A stretch of DNA of 63,602 nucleotides, the filler included, from Chiloscyllium plagiosum (lineage: Eukaryota), in the NCBI RefSeq assembly GCF_004010195.1. It is 7 parts of 7 records of this genome, joined end to end, with 100 filler letters (N's around TTAATTAATTAA, not from the genome) between each part and the next. Parts side by side here need not be neighbours in the genome. Positions count along the whole stretch, not along the records: positions 1 to 18,778 come from NC_057743.1; 6 more parts are not named here. The stretch is one strand, 5' to 3'. Position 1 is the stretch's first letter, and each line of letters starts with the position of its first letter. The position numbers were made by a program, and so were the translations under genes. Positions 1 through 11,929 of this stretch are shown one piece after another. The notes beneath the pieces are model-generated. The model was not told where the DNA came from, ran no database searches, and was given only the letters and a program-made list of their open reading frames with translations.

Positions 1-3000
1 GCAGTGAGACCCAGCTCCCCAATGGTCTTCCCAAAGCCAATGTGCTGCAGTGAGACCCATCTCACGAATAGCCTTCCCAATGCCAACGTGCTGCAGTGAG
101 ACCCATCTCCCCAATAGCCTTCCCAATGCCATTGTGCTGCAGTGAGACCCATCTCCCCAATAGCCTTCCCAGTGCCAATGTGTTGCAGTGAGACACATCT
201 CCCCAATGGCCATCCCAACGCCAACGTGCTGCAGGGAGACCCAGTTCCCCAATGGCCTTCCCAATGCCAATATGCTGCAGTGAGACCCATCTCCTCAATG
301 GCCTTCCTAATGCCAATGTGCTGGAGGGAGACCCCGCTCCCCAATGGCCTTCCCAATGCCAACTTGCTGCACTGAGACCCAACTACCCAATAGCCTTCCC
401 AATGCCAAAATTCTGCACCAGGACCCAGCTCCCTAATGGCCTTCCTAATGCCAAAGTGTTGCACTGATACCATCCACACAATGGCCTTCTCAATGCCCAA
501 TGTGCTGCACTGAGACCCAGCTCCCCAATGGTCTTCCCAATGCCAACTTGCTGCAGTGAAACCCATCTCCCCAATGGCCTTCCCAATGCCAACTTGCTGC
601 ACTGAGACCCAGCTCCCCAATGGCCTTCCCAATGCCAACTTGCTGCATTGAAACCCATCTCCCCAATGCCAACGTACAGCAGTGAGAGACAGCTTCCCAA
701 TGGCTTTACCAATGCCAATGTGTTGCAGTTAGACAGCTACCCAAAGGCCTTCCCGATGCCAATATGCTGAAGTTAGACAGCTACCCAAAGGCCTTCCCGA
801 TGCCAATATGCTGCAGTGAGACAGCTCCCCAATGGCCTTCCCAATGCCAATGTGCTGCAGTGAGACCCATCTCCCCAATGGCTTTCCCAAAGCCAATGTG
901 CTGCAGTGAGACCCATCTCCTCAATGGCCATCCCAACGCCAACGTGCTGCAGGGAGACCCAGCTCCCCAATGGCCATCTCAACGCCAACGTGCTGCAGGG
1001 AGATCCAGCTCCCCAATGGCCGTCCCAATGCCAATGTGCTGCAGTGAGACCCATCTCCCCAATGGCTTTCCAAAAGCCAATGTGCTGCAGTGAGACACAG
1101 CTCCCCAATGGCCTTCCCAATGCCAATATGCTGCAGTGAGACCCATCTCCTCAATGGCCTTCCTAATGCCAATGCAGCTCCGCAATGGCCTGCCCAATGC
1201 ACTGAGACCTTGCTCCCGAATCGACTTCCCAATGCCACTGTGCTGCACTGACACCCAGCCCCCCAATGGCCATACTAATGGCAATGTGCTGCACAGGGAC
1301 ACAGCTCCACAATGGCCTCCTCAAAACCATCGTGCTGCACTGAGACCCAGCTCCCTACTAGCCTTCCCAATGCCAATGTACTGCACCATGACCCAGCTCC
1401 CCAATGGCCTCCCCAATAACATTGTGCTGTATTGAGGCCCAGCTCCGCAATGGCCTGCCCAATGCACTGAGACCTTGCTCCCGAATCGACTTCCCAATGC
1501 CACTGTGCTGCACTGACACCCAGCCCCGCAATGGCCATACTAATGGCAATGTACTGCACAAGGACACAGCTCCACAATGGCCTCCTCAAAACCATCGTGC
1601 TGCACTGAGACCCAGCTCCCTAACGGCCTTCCCAATGCCAACGTGTTGCACCAGGACAGAGCTTTCCAATGCCAATGTGCTGCACAGATACCCAGCTCCC
1701 CATGGCCTTCCGATTGCCAATGTGCTGCAGCTAGACGCAGCTCCCCAACGCCAACGTGCTGCACTAAGACCCAACTAACCAATAGCCTTCCCAAAGCCAA
1801 TGTGCTGCAGTGAGACCTATCTCCCCAATAGCATTCCCAAAGCCAACGTGCTGCAGAGAGACTCATCTCCCCATTAGCCTTCCCAAAGCCAACGTGCTGC
1901 AGTGAGACCCAGCTCCCCAATGGCCTTCCCAAAGCCAACGTGCTGCTGGGATACCAATCTACCCAATTGCCTTCCCAAAGCCAACGTCATGCAGTGAGAC
2001 CCAGCTCCCTAATGGCCTTCCCAAATCCAATGTGCTGCAGTGAGACCCATCTCCCCAACAGACTTCCCAATGCCAATGTGTTGCACCAGGACACAACTCC
2101 CCAAAGCCAATGTGTTGCACCGATACACAGCTCCCCAATGGCCTTCCGATTGCGAATGTGCTGCACTGAGACCCAGTTCCCCTTTGGCCTTCCCAAAGCC
2201 AATATGCTGCAGCTAGAACCAGCTCCCCAATGCCAACTTGCTGCACTGCAACCCAGCTACCCAATGGCCTTCTCAATGCCAATGTGATGCAGGGAGACCC
2301 AGATATCCAATAACCTTCCCAATGCCAATGTGCTGCAGTGAGACCCATCTCCCAAATGACCTTCCCAATGCCAACGTGCAGCAGTGAGACCCAGCTCCCC
2401 AATGGCCTTCCCAAAGCCAATGTGCTGCAGTGAGACCCATCTCACTCATAGCCTTCCCAATGCCAACGTGCTGCAGTGAGATCCATCTCCCCAATAGCCT
2501 TCCCAATGCCATTGTGTTGCAGTGAGACCCATCTCCCCAATAGCCTTCCCAGTGCCAATGTGTTGCAGTGAGACCCATCTCCCCAATGGCCTTCCCAATG
2601 CCAATATGCTGCAGTGAGACCCATCTCCCCAACGGCCTTCCCAATACTAATGTGCTGGAGGGAGAGCCAGCTCCCCAATGGCCTTTCCCACGCCAACGTG
2701 CTGCACTGAGACCCAATTACACAATAGCCTTCCCAAAGCCAATGTGCTGCAGTGAGACCCATCTCACTAATAGCCTTCCCAATGCCAACGTACTGCAGTG
2801 AGACCCATCTCCCTAATAGCCTTCCCAATGCCANNNNNNNNNNNNNNNNNNNNNNNNNNNNNNNNNNNNNNNNNNNNNNNNNNNNNNNNNNNNNNNNNNN
2901 NNNNNNNNNNNNNNNNNNNNNNNNNNNNNNNNNNNNNNNNNNNNNNNCCTTCCCAAAGCCAACGTGCTGCAGTGAGACCCAGATCTCCAATGGCCTTCCC

Positions 3001-6000
3001 AAAGCCAACGTGCTGCAGTGAGACCCAGATCTCCAATGGCCTTCCCAAAGCCAACGTGCTGCAGTGAGACCCAGATCTCCAATGGCCTTCCCAAAGCCAA
3101 CGTGCTGCAGTGAGACCCAGATCTCCAATGGCCTTCCCAAAGCCAACGTGCTGCAGTGAGACCCAGATCTCCAATGGCCTTCCCAAAGCCAACGTGCTGC
3201 AGTGAGACCCAGATCTCCAATGGCCTTCCCAAAGCCAACGTGCTGCAGTGAGACCCAGATCTCCAATGGCCTTCCCAAAGCCAACGTGCTGCAGTGAGAC
3301 CCAGATCTCCAATGGCCTTCCCAAAGCCAACGTGCTGCAGTGAGACCCAGATCTCCAATGGCCTTCCCAAAGCCAACGTGCTGCAGTGAGACCCAGATCT
3401 CCAATGGCCTTCCCAAAGCCAACGTGCTGCAGTGAGACCCAGATCTCCAATGGCCTTCCCAAAGCCAACGTGCTGCAGTGAGACCCATCTCCCCAACAGC
3501 CTTCCCAAGCCAATGTGCTGCAGTGAGACCCAACTACCCAAAGGCCTTACCAAAGCCAATGTGCTGGAGGGAGACCCAGCTCCCCAATGGCCTTCCGAAT
3601 GCAAACTTGCTGCATTGAGACCCAACTATCCAATAGCCTTCCCAATGCCAACGTTCTGCACCAGGACCCAGCTCCCTAATGGCCTTCCTAATGCCAAAGT
3701 GTTGCACCGATACCATCCACCCAATGGCCTTCCCAATGCCCAATGTGCTGCACTGAGACCCATCTCCCCAATGGCCTTCCCAATGCCAACGTAGTGCACC
3801 AGGACACAACTCCTCAATGGCCTTCCCAACACCAATGTGCTGCACTGACACTCAACTGCCTAATGGCCTTCCCAAAGCCAACATACTGCACCATGACCCA
3901 GCTCCACAATAGCCTTCCCAATGCCAACGTACTGAACCCGGACACAGTTCCCCAATGGCCTTACCAATGCCAATGTGCTGCAGCTAGACCCAGCTCCCCA
4001 ATGGCCTTCCCAATGCCAACGTACTGCACCATGACCCAGCTCCCCAATGTCCTTCCTAATACCAATGTGCTGCACCAGGACGCAGCTCCCCAATGGCCTT
4101 ACCAATGCCAATGTGCTGCAGTGAGACCCCGCTCCCCAATGGCCTTCCCAAAGCCAATATGCTGCAGTGAGCCCCAGCTCCCCAATGACCTTCCCAAATC
4201 CAACGTACTGCAGGGAGACCCATATCCTCCATGACCTTCCCAAAGCCAATGTGCTGCAGTGAGACCCATCTCCCCAATAGCCTTCCCAAAGCCAATGTTC
4301 TGCAGTGAGACCCATCTCCCCAATGGCCTTCCCAATGCTAACGTGCTGCACTGAGACCCATGTCCCCAATGGCCTTCACAAAGCCAATCTGATGCAGGGA
4401 GACCCAACTCCCCAATGGCTTTCCCAACGCCAACGTGCTGCAGTGAGACCCATCTCGCCAATGGCCCTCCCAATGCAAATGTGCTAGAGGGAGACATAGC
4501 TCCCCAATGGCCTTCCCAATGCCAACTTGCTGCACTGAGACCCAACTACCCAATAGACTTCCCAAAGCCAATGTGCTGCAGTGAGTCCCATCTCCCCAAT
4601 GGCCTTTCCAACGCTAACGTGCTGCAGTGAGACCCTGCTCCCCAATGGCCTTCCCAAAGCCAATGTGCTGCAGGGAGACCCATCTCCCCAATGGCCTTCC
4701 CAATGCCAACTTGCTGCACTGAGACCCAGCTCCCCAATGGCCTTACCAAAGCCACAGTGCTGCAGTGAGACACATCTCCCCAGTTGCCTTCCCTGAGCCA
4801 ATGTGCTGCAGTGAGACCCATCTCCCCAATTGCCTTCCCTGAGCCAATGTGCTGCAGTGAGACCCTGCTCCCCAATGGCCTTCCCAATGCCAACTTGCTG
4901 CAATGAGACCCATTTCCCCAATAGTCTTCCCAAAGCCAACATGCTGCACTGATATACAATACCCCAAAAGCCTTCTCAATGCTAACGTGCTGCAGCGAGA
5001 CCCAACTCCTCAATGGCCTTCTCAATACCAATGCGCTGCACCAGGACACAGCTCCTGAATGGCCTTCCCAATGCCAACGTGCTGCACTGAGACCCATCTA
5101 CCCAATAGCCTTTCCAAAGCCAATGTGCTGCAGTGAGACCCATCTCTCCAGTGACCTTCCCAATGCCAATGTGCTGCAGAGAGACCCATCTCCCCAATGG
5201 CTTTCCCAAAGCCAACGTGCTGCAGTGAGACCCTGCTCCCCAATGGCCTTCCCAAAGCCAATGTGCTGCAGGAAGACCCATGTCCCCAATGCCTTCCCAA
5301 TGCCAATGTTCTGGAGGGAGACCCAGCTCCCCAATGGCATTCCCAATCCCAACTTGCTGCACTGAGACCGAACTACCCAATAGCCTTCCCAAAGCCAATG
5401 TGCTGCAGGAAGACCCATCTCCCCAATGGCTTTCCCAAAGCCAACGTGCTGCAGTGAGACCCATCTCCCCAATGGCCTTCCCAATGCCAATGTGCTGCAG
5501 TGAGACCCATCACCCCAATGGCCTTCCCAATGCCAATGTGCTGCAGGGAGACCCAGCTCCCCAATGGCCTTCCCAATGCCAACGTGCTGCAATGAGACCC
5601 AGCTCCCCAATGCCAATGTGCTGCAGTGAGAGCCAGCTCCCCAATGGCTTTCCCAATGCCAATGTGCTGTAGTGAGACAGCTATCCCAAGGCCTTCCCAA
5701 TACCAACGTGCAAACCGGGACGCAGCTCCCCAGTGGCCTTCCCAATGCCAACGTGCTGCACTGTGACCCAGCTCCCCAATGGCCTTCTCAATACCAATGT
5801 GCTGCACCAGGACACAGCTCCCCAATGGCCTTCCCAAAGCCAATGTGCTGCAGTGAGACCCATCTCCCCAATGGTCTTCCCAATGCCAACGTGCTGCACT
5901 GTGACCCAGCTCCCCAATGGCCTTCTCAATACCAACGTGCTGCACTAGGACACAGCTCCCCAATGGTCTTCTCAAAGCCAATGTGCTGCACTGAGACCCA

Positions 6001-6012
6001 TCTCCCCATTGG
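1..6012. repeat. 46-bp minisatellite array
   Basis: Unit CCTTCCCAAAGCCAACGTGCTGCAGTGAGACCCAGATCTCCAATGG repeats exactly at about 2948-3470 and in diverged form through the rest. One N-gap at 2834-2947. Confidence 0.97.
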
Positions 6013-6232
6013 GTAAAAACCATGACTGCCGATGCTGGAAACCAGATTCAGGATTAGTGGTACTGGAAGAGCACAGCAGTTCAGGCAGTATCCAAGGAGC
6101 AGCAAAATCGACGTTTCGGGCAAAAGCCCTTCATCAGGAATAAAGGCAGTGAGCCTGAAGCGTGGAGAGATAAGCTAGAGGAAGGTGGGGGTGGGGAGAA
6201 AGTAGCATAGAGTACAATGGGTGAGTGGGGGA
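6013..6232 (-). mobile_element. Penelope-like interspersed repeat end with hammerhead-like core
   Basis: Reverse complement matches 26395-26615 and partly 45390-45525. It contains CTGATGA-A-GGGC-TTTT-GCCC-GAAACGTC. The Penelope assignment is inferred from this motif. Confidence 0.7.
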
Positions 6233-8318
6233 GCACACTCACACTCACAGAGTCACACACACGCGCACACACACATATATGCACGCGCACCCGCACGCAC
6301 ACACACACTTATATCCACGCACACCTGCACGCACGCACACGTGCACACACACACATATATGCACGCGCACCCGCACACACACACATATATGCACCCGCAC
6401 CCGCACACACACGCGCACACACACAAAAAAGCATGCGCACCTGCAAACACGCACACGCGCACACACACACATATATGCACCTGCACACACGCACATGCGC
6501 ACACACACACATATATGCACGCGCACCCGCACCCGCATGCTCGCACAAGCACACACACACATATATGCACACGCACCTGCACACACACATATATTCACGC
6601 ACACCCGCACGCACACGCGCACACACACACACATATGCACGCGTACCCGCACACACGCACACGCGCTCNNNNNNNNNNNNNNNNNNNNNNNNNNNNNNNN
6701 NNNNNNNNNNNNNNNNNNNNNNNNNNNNNNNNNNNNNNNNNNNNNNNNNNNNNNNNNNNNNNNNNNNNNNNNNNNNNNNNNNNNNNNNNNNNNNNNNNNN
6801 NNNNNNNCAAACACGCACACGCGCACCCGCACACATGCACACGCGCACACACACATATATATATGCATGCGCACCCACGCACACGCGCACACACACACAT
6901 ATANNNNNNNNNNNNNNNNNNNNNNNNNNNNNNNNNNNNNNNNNNNNNNNNNNNNNNNNNNNNNNNNNNNNNNNNNNNNNNNNNNNNNNNNNNNNNNNNN
7001 NNNNNNNNNNNNNNNNNNNNNNNNNNNNNNNNNNNNNNNNNNNNNNNNNNNNNNNNNNNNNNNNNNNNNNNNNNNNNNNNNNNNNNNNNNNNNNNNNNNN
7101 NNNNNNNNNNNNNNNNNNNNNNNNNNNNNNNNNNNNNNNNNNNNNNNNNNNNNNNNNNNNNNNNNNNNNNNNNNNNNNNNNNNNNNNNNNNNNNNNNNNN
7201 NCCCGCAAACACGCACACGCGCACCCGCACACATGCACACGCGCACACACACATATATATATGCATGCGCACCCACGCACACGCGCACACACACACATAT
7301 ATGCATGCGCACCCGCACACACACACACACACATATGCACGCGCACCCGCACGCACACACACATATATGCACGCGCACCCGCACAAACACACATATATGC
7401 AACCGCACGCACGCACACGTGCACACACACGTATATGCACGCGCACCCGCACACACGCACACGCGCAGACACATACATATATGCACGTGCACCCGCACGC
7501 ACGCACACACGCCCACACACATATATGCACCCGCACGCATGCACACGCGCACATACACACATATATGCACGCGCACCCGCACGCACGCACACACATATAT
7601 GCACGCGCACCCACGCACACACACACACACATATATGCAAGCGCACCCGCACACACATATATGCACCCGCACGCACGCACACGCGCACACACACACACGC
7701 GCTCAAACACACACAAATATGCACCCGCACGCACACACACATATATGCACGCGCACCCGCACACATGCACACGCGCACCCACACACATATATATGCATGC
7801 GCACCCACGCACACGCGTACCCACACACATATATGCATGTGCACCCCCAAACACGCACACGCGCACTCACACACATATATGCGCACGCACCCTCACACAC
7901 GCACACACATATATGCACCCGCACGCACGCACACATATATGCACGCGCACCCGCACACACACACACACATATATGTACGCGCACCCGCACACACACACAA
8001 GAATGCACGCGTACCCACACACACGTGCACACACACACATATATGCACGCGTACCCGCATGCACGCACACATATGCACCCGCACGCACACAAACGCACAC
8101 ACATATATGCACGCGCACCCGCACATACGCACACGTGCACACACACTTATATATGCACGTGCACCCGCACGCACACACACACACATATATGCATGCGTAC
8201 CCGCACACACGCACATGCGCACACACACACAAATATGCACCCGCACGCACGCACACACACCCGCACATATACACACATATGTGCACACACACCCACACAC
8301 ACAGACACCCGCACACAC
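6233..8318. repeat. Alternating purine-pyrimidine (CA/CG/TA) low-complexity tract
   Basis: About 2 kb of CACACACATATATGCACGCGCACCCG-type units with two N-gaps. Confidence 0.97.
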
Positions 8319-8339
8319 TAAGCGATAAAACGTACTTAC

Positions 8340-8678
8340 TGATGATATTCAGCTGGGTCCCAGTCCCGTACACATTGGACCACACTGTACAGTAATACAC
8401 AGTCGCATCTTCAGGCTGACTGTTTGTGATTGTTAGTGTGACAACAAGACCGGTGTTATTTCTGATCGAATTAAAACGACCCTGAAAATCTTTATTCACT
8501 AACACAGCTCCATCCACATGGTGTGTCACAATCCATTGATAACCCGTCGGACTGCGTCGGTACCAGTGCACATCACTCACTCCCAAATCGATATCCTGCA
8601 TAGAGCAGTGTAACTGGGCGGTTTGACCCACTCTGACATTCAGTATTGGGGTCTGAGTGAGCACAGGAAATCTTTCAC
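8340..8678 (-). CDS. Pre-joined V-J type Ig V-set exon (divergent; IgL sigma-like or non-rearranging VJ receptor)
   Basis: Acceptor ttgtttctgttccag before 8678 and donor GTAAGT after 8340, both phase 1, enclosing 339 bp with an open frame: ERFPVLTQTPILNVRVGQTAQLHC...VHWYRR...GRF...LTITNSQPEDATVYYCTVWSNVYGTGTQLNII. Both canonical Cys, the core Trp, DxAxYYC-like and GxGT motifs are present. No RSS lies between V and J. Confidence 0.9.
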
Positions 8679-8882
8679 CTGGAACAGAAACAAAGCGAGA
8701 GATCAGATCCAGAAAGCAGCATTGGGCCTGTTTAAAGGGATGGTCCGTTGAGCTCAGGCACAGTATTTAAAAACAAGAATAATCTGTAAGACTGTCACAG
8801 AAAGCTGCTTCAACCTCGCCTTACTGTTTCACAAAATAAAGCCATCAATGATCAGGATTTAAACTGGACCATGAGCTGTAAA

Positions 8883-9050
8883 GTAATTAGCCAGGAGCAT
8901 TAACTGAAGAGTAACTAACCGGGAGTATTCACTGTGGGGTAATTGGGCGGGGGCATTAACTGGGGAGTAATTGGCCAGGAGTATTAACTGTGGATTAACT
9001 CGTCAGGAGCATTAGCTACGGAGTATTGAGTCAGGAACATTAGCTGTGGA
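8883..9050. repeat. Degenerate ~28-bp tandem repeat
   Basis: About six diverged GTAATTAGCCAGGAGCATTAACTG-like units. Confidence 0.6.
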
Positions 9051-9104
9051 ATTGTAAAGACAATAAAAGAGTAAGAGGTACGTTAATGAAAATATAAAAG
9101 ATCA

Positions 9105-9612
9105 GGAGAAATCTCCAAGGTGGAGGGGAGGAGCCTGTTCCCCTTTTTGGGAGAATCTAGAACTAGAGGTCACTGATTAAAACTCAGGGGTCACTCTTTG
9201 TAAACAGAGATTAGGCAAAATCCTTTCTCTCACAGGATTGTGAATTTTTGGAAGTCTTTTCCTGCCAAGATGGTGGAAGCAGATTCCTTGGATATTGTTA
9301 AAGCAGAGTCTTTTTCACAGGGACTAGAGGACATCAGTTTATGTTAGAAGGGAAAGAATAAAAGGGAACCTGAGGGGTAACCTGTTTACACAGAGGGTGG
9401 GACTCATATGGAATGAGCTGCCAGTGGACGTCATTGAGGTGGGTACATTAACAACATTTAAAAGGCATTTGGACAAATACATAGATAGGAACGGATCTGG
9501 GCCAAGTGCAGGGGAATGGGGTTAGCGTGGATGGACACTTTGGTCAGCATGGACCAGTTTGGGCCGAAGGGCCTGTCTCTGTGTTGTCAGACTGTATGAC
9601 TCTATGACTCAG
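9105..9612 (+). mobile_element. CR1-clade LINE 3' end fragments
   Basis: Shares ACACAGAGGGTGG...TGGAATGAGCTGCCAG...GGGCCGAAGGGCCTG and a TATGACTC-type tail with the copy at 17461-18081. Confidence 0.75.
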
Positions 9613-10905
9613 AGGTGGATAGGTTCTTGTTTAATAATTGGGTGAAAGATCATTGAGGGTCAGTGGGAATGTGTGGTCATGGGGCCAGCAGTAGAAATGG
9701 TTCAGAGCTCCAATCAAGCATGCTGGGAATTTAGGTCAAGCTAGTTTAAACTCTGACCTTGGTTAGATCTGCAGTGAGGGTGTGCTGTGATGTGTTGTTT
9801 CTTGTGTTGACCAAATAAGGCAAGTGTCATGGTCGTCTCTCACCATTCTGGCACCATATTACCTTATATGGAATGTGGCTGTTACTACTCAGGAGAAACA
9901 TCTGAACGTTGTCCCCCGTGAACACCATTGGCTGGGATTGATCATTATGATCAGGGTTTGGTCGATTCATTGTCTGAGTGCCAGAGAACTTTCTGGAAAA
10001 GGAGCAGATATCTGAGATAAGTTAGCAGAAGGAAAGATTTTCTCAGGGGAAGCCTTCGAGACCAATATTTGAGAAGTGTGTTCCCTGAAGTCACCATCAG
10101 AGAAAGCAAAGGACCATGAGGTGAGATCAACACAGAGAGCAACATTGGCCACTTCACACAAATCCAGCTGGCATTTAATTTCAGCCAAACCTATCCAGTT
10201 CATGTTAGGGATAGGGTTAAATGTGAAATAAGTTCAAGTAGGGTGAGATTAAATGAAGTGAGTTAAATGTAGATGTTCAGTTCGATAAAGGAAGAAGTAA
10301 ATGTTGCACCAAATGTAAGTTTTATGTTGTGCACTGGTACCTAAAGGGGTTAAATAAAGAAAAGAATTTTTAGAATTGAAGTCTGAGTCATCTCCCTGTC
10401 CTTTCTCAGTCACACAGGGGAAGAACACCTGGGTAAAAGGCTGCAGTTCATGTTGTAGGTTTTGGTGTCCCTGGGTAGGCCTTCAGTGGGACGTGACTGT
10501 ACATTGCTCTGAAGACAAACTCACTCCCAACCTTGTATGATGGAGCTGGATTGCTCAGTAATTGGAAATGAATCAGGTATTTGCTGAGTGCGACAGCAGT
10601 ATTTATGAAGTGACTCTGGTCTCTTTTCCTATCCCTCAGAAGTCAGCGAGTGAGTTAAGAGGAACACATGACAGATTGCCAAGAGTGGGAAGAGATGTTT
10701 CGAAACTATGTAAATGAGAACTGGTCTCAGTGAGCTGAGTCTCGCAGTAAATTAGCACCAGGCCTGGGGTCTGCTGGAGTGAAGTGTTGGGCAGAAACAG
10801 ATAGGGAGCTGGGAAAGCGTGTTTCTAAGCTTCATTAAGCTTCAGCAATAGGCAGTTGTTTGGAGCAATGAAGGGGGAAAGAGTTTGAAACTGAGAAGTT
10901 GCCGT

Positions 10906-11230
10906 GGTGGGCAGCATAGTGGCACAGTGGTTAGCACTGCTGCCTCACAGCGCCAGAGACCCGGGTTCAATTCCCGCCTCAGGCGACTGACTGTGTGGAG
11001 TTTGCACATTCTCCCCGTGTCTGTGTGGGTTTCCTCCGGGTGCTCCGGTTTCCTCCCACAGTCCAAAGATGTGCAGGTCAGGTGAATTGGCCATGCTAAA
11101 TTGCTCGGAGTGTTAGGCGAAGGGGTAAATGTAGGGGAATGGGTCTGCATGGGTTGCGCTTCGGCGGGTCGGTGTGGACTTGTTGGGCCGAAGGGCCTGT
11201 TTCCACACTGTAAAGTAATCTAATCTAATG
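10906..11230 (+). mobile_element. tRNA-derived V-SINE (HE1-like), near full length
   Basis: A box TGGCACAGTGG, B box GGTTCAATTCC, core GTGTGGAGTTTGCACATTCTCCCCGTG, CR1-like tail GGGCCGAAGGGCCTGTTTCC and TAATC repeats. Confidence 0.9.
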
Positions 11231-11929
11231 AAGGAAACAAGCAGTTAACTGAGAAGTTAGACAGAGAAGGAAAGATTATGTGAGAAAGTGACAGAAGAGG
11301 AGGAAGGAAGCAGGTAAATATGTTGCACATGTGCCAGTCTCCGAGCTGATGTGAGAGGTTTACTGAGAATTATAAGGTTCACACTGAGTGAGATGTGACC
11401 ACTCAGACAGTGACCAAACCGAATAAACAATGCCCAAATTTGCAGGCTGCTGTGAAAGTTCTGAAGGCAGAGAACGTAGACTCTCTGTGGCTGATCACTC
11501 AAAGTGTCAGCAGGACTTTAAAATCTCAGCTGTCATTCCCAAAAGGAATGAGGTCCGCATTGGGGCCAGTTCAGTCTGAGGGAGGTGGGGATCACAGAGT
11601 GAAACGGGAGGAGCTGGAAGGGAATAAAGGCAGTGTGCTGCATGTGGGAATAACTGGGGACTCCCAGCATCCCTTTCCAGAGGCAATGTGCCCCTCAATG
11701 CCCCAGAACCTTTCCCCACCCTGAGGAATCCTGTCACCACGAGTCACAGGCAGTTACTGACACAAGCCTCGCTTATGGTAGCACCGTTAGGGGAAGGCAC
11801 TAAAAAAGATCACCACTTCTAAAACCCACTGCAAATCCTTTTATGGGTTTATAATGCATTCATCAGCAAAGGCTTTCAGAGGGGCTTGATGATGGGGAAA
11901 GGTAACAGGAATGGGAATGTGAGTGAGCA

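Noticed and set aside
2948-3470. Regular repeats resembling a CRISPR array
   Set aside because: No unique spacers, vertebrate context and no cas genes.
62-6023. Many overlapping ORFs with repeating W/H/G-rich peptides
   Set aside because: Translations of the 46-bp minisatellite in all frames, with no splice or domain evidence.
6217-8395. 700-aa His/Thr-rich and Cys/Val-rich ORFs
   Set aside because: Artefacts of CA/TG repeats and N-gaps. Only 8340-8678 is a real exon.
8381-8397. Heptamer-like TACAGTG/CACACTG at the V-J junction of the joined exon
   Set aside because: No nonamer at 12 or 23 spacing, and it is explained by the Cys-Thr-Val codons.
8812-8885. Possible leader exon for the VJ gene (tttacag-CTC-ATG GTC CAG TTT AAA TCC TGA...ACA/GTAAGG, minus strand)
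   Set aside because: In-frame TGA and a phase-0 donor that does not match the phase-1 V exon. It could be a decayed leader, but it is not supportable. No confident leader was found.
10918-10980. tRNA-like A and B boxes
   Set aside because: Head of a tRNA-derived SINE found in at least five copies here, not a tRNA gene.
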